Assembly: GCF_004010195.1 (NCBI RefSeq)
Contig: NC_057752.1
Span: 3,755,618-3,775,617 of the forward strand
DNA: 20,000 nt
Direction of reading: 5' to 3'
Origin: Chiloscyllium plagiosum
Lineage: Eukaryota
A program made the translations under genes and the position numbers. The notes under the pieces are model-generated. The model did no database searches and had not been told where the DNA came from. It saw only the letters and a list, made by a program, of their open reading frames with translations. Positions 19,794 to 20,000 of the stretch are shown piece after piece. Numbering within the stretch: the first letter of the stretch is position 1; every line of letters begins with the position of its first letter.

Positions 19794-20000
19794 AGGAGAA
19801 AGTGAGGACTGCAGGTGCTGGAGATCAGAGCTGAAAATGTGTTGCTGGAAAAGCGCAGCAGGCCAGGCAGCATCCAAGGAACAGGAGAATCGACATTTCG
19901 GGCATAAGCCCTTCTTCAGGAATGAGGAAAGTGTGTCCAGCAGGCTAAGATAAAAGGTAGGGAGGAGGGACTTGGGGGAGGGGCGTTGGAAATGCGATAG
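19794..20000 (-). mobile_element. PLE 3' terminus inserted into the LINE; runs off the window edge
   Basis: Reverse-complement match to 916-1082 and direct match to 620-761. Confidence 0.88.
19892..19919 (-). ncRNA. Minimal hammerhead ribozyme motif (PLE type)
   Basis: Reverse complement reads CTGAAGA-A-GGGC-TTAT-GCCC-GAAA-T-GTC. Confidence 0.65.

Overview
Eukaryotic, repeat-saturated, essentially non-coding DNA. The repeat set points to a cartilaginous fish (shark) intron or intergenic region; this is inferred from recalled repeat families (HE1/V-SINEs, HER1/CR1 LINEs, DeuSINE, a ~69-bp tandem repeat), not from a search. No intact protein-coding gene is recognisable, and nearly all listed ORFs are retroelement debris or their antisense frames. 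The window holds six HE1-type tRNA-derived SINEs; CR1, L2, Rex1/Babar and Tx1 LINE fragments; a GIY-YIG Penelope-like element (PLE) remnant; seven further short PLE terminal segments in six loci; and a 1.65-kb minisatellite. Main points of interest: (1) seven minimal hammerhead-ribozyme-like motifs in PLE termini, including small fold-back PLE insertions with 13-15 bp target-site duplications; (2) a CR1 insertion whose ORF2 segments are out of order, bounded by a 23-bp duplication; (3) a CR1-group LINE whose endonuclease ORF follows a tRNA-like head; (4) a minisatellite whose units step in 23-bp increments and which contains a pseudoknot-capable SINE-like insert. Weak minus-strand exon candidates are also noted.
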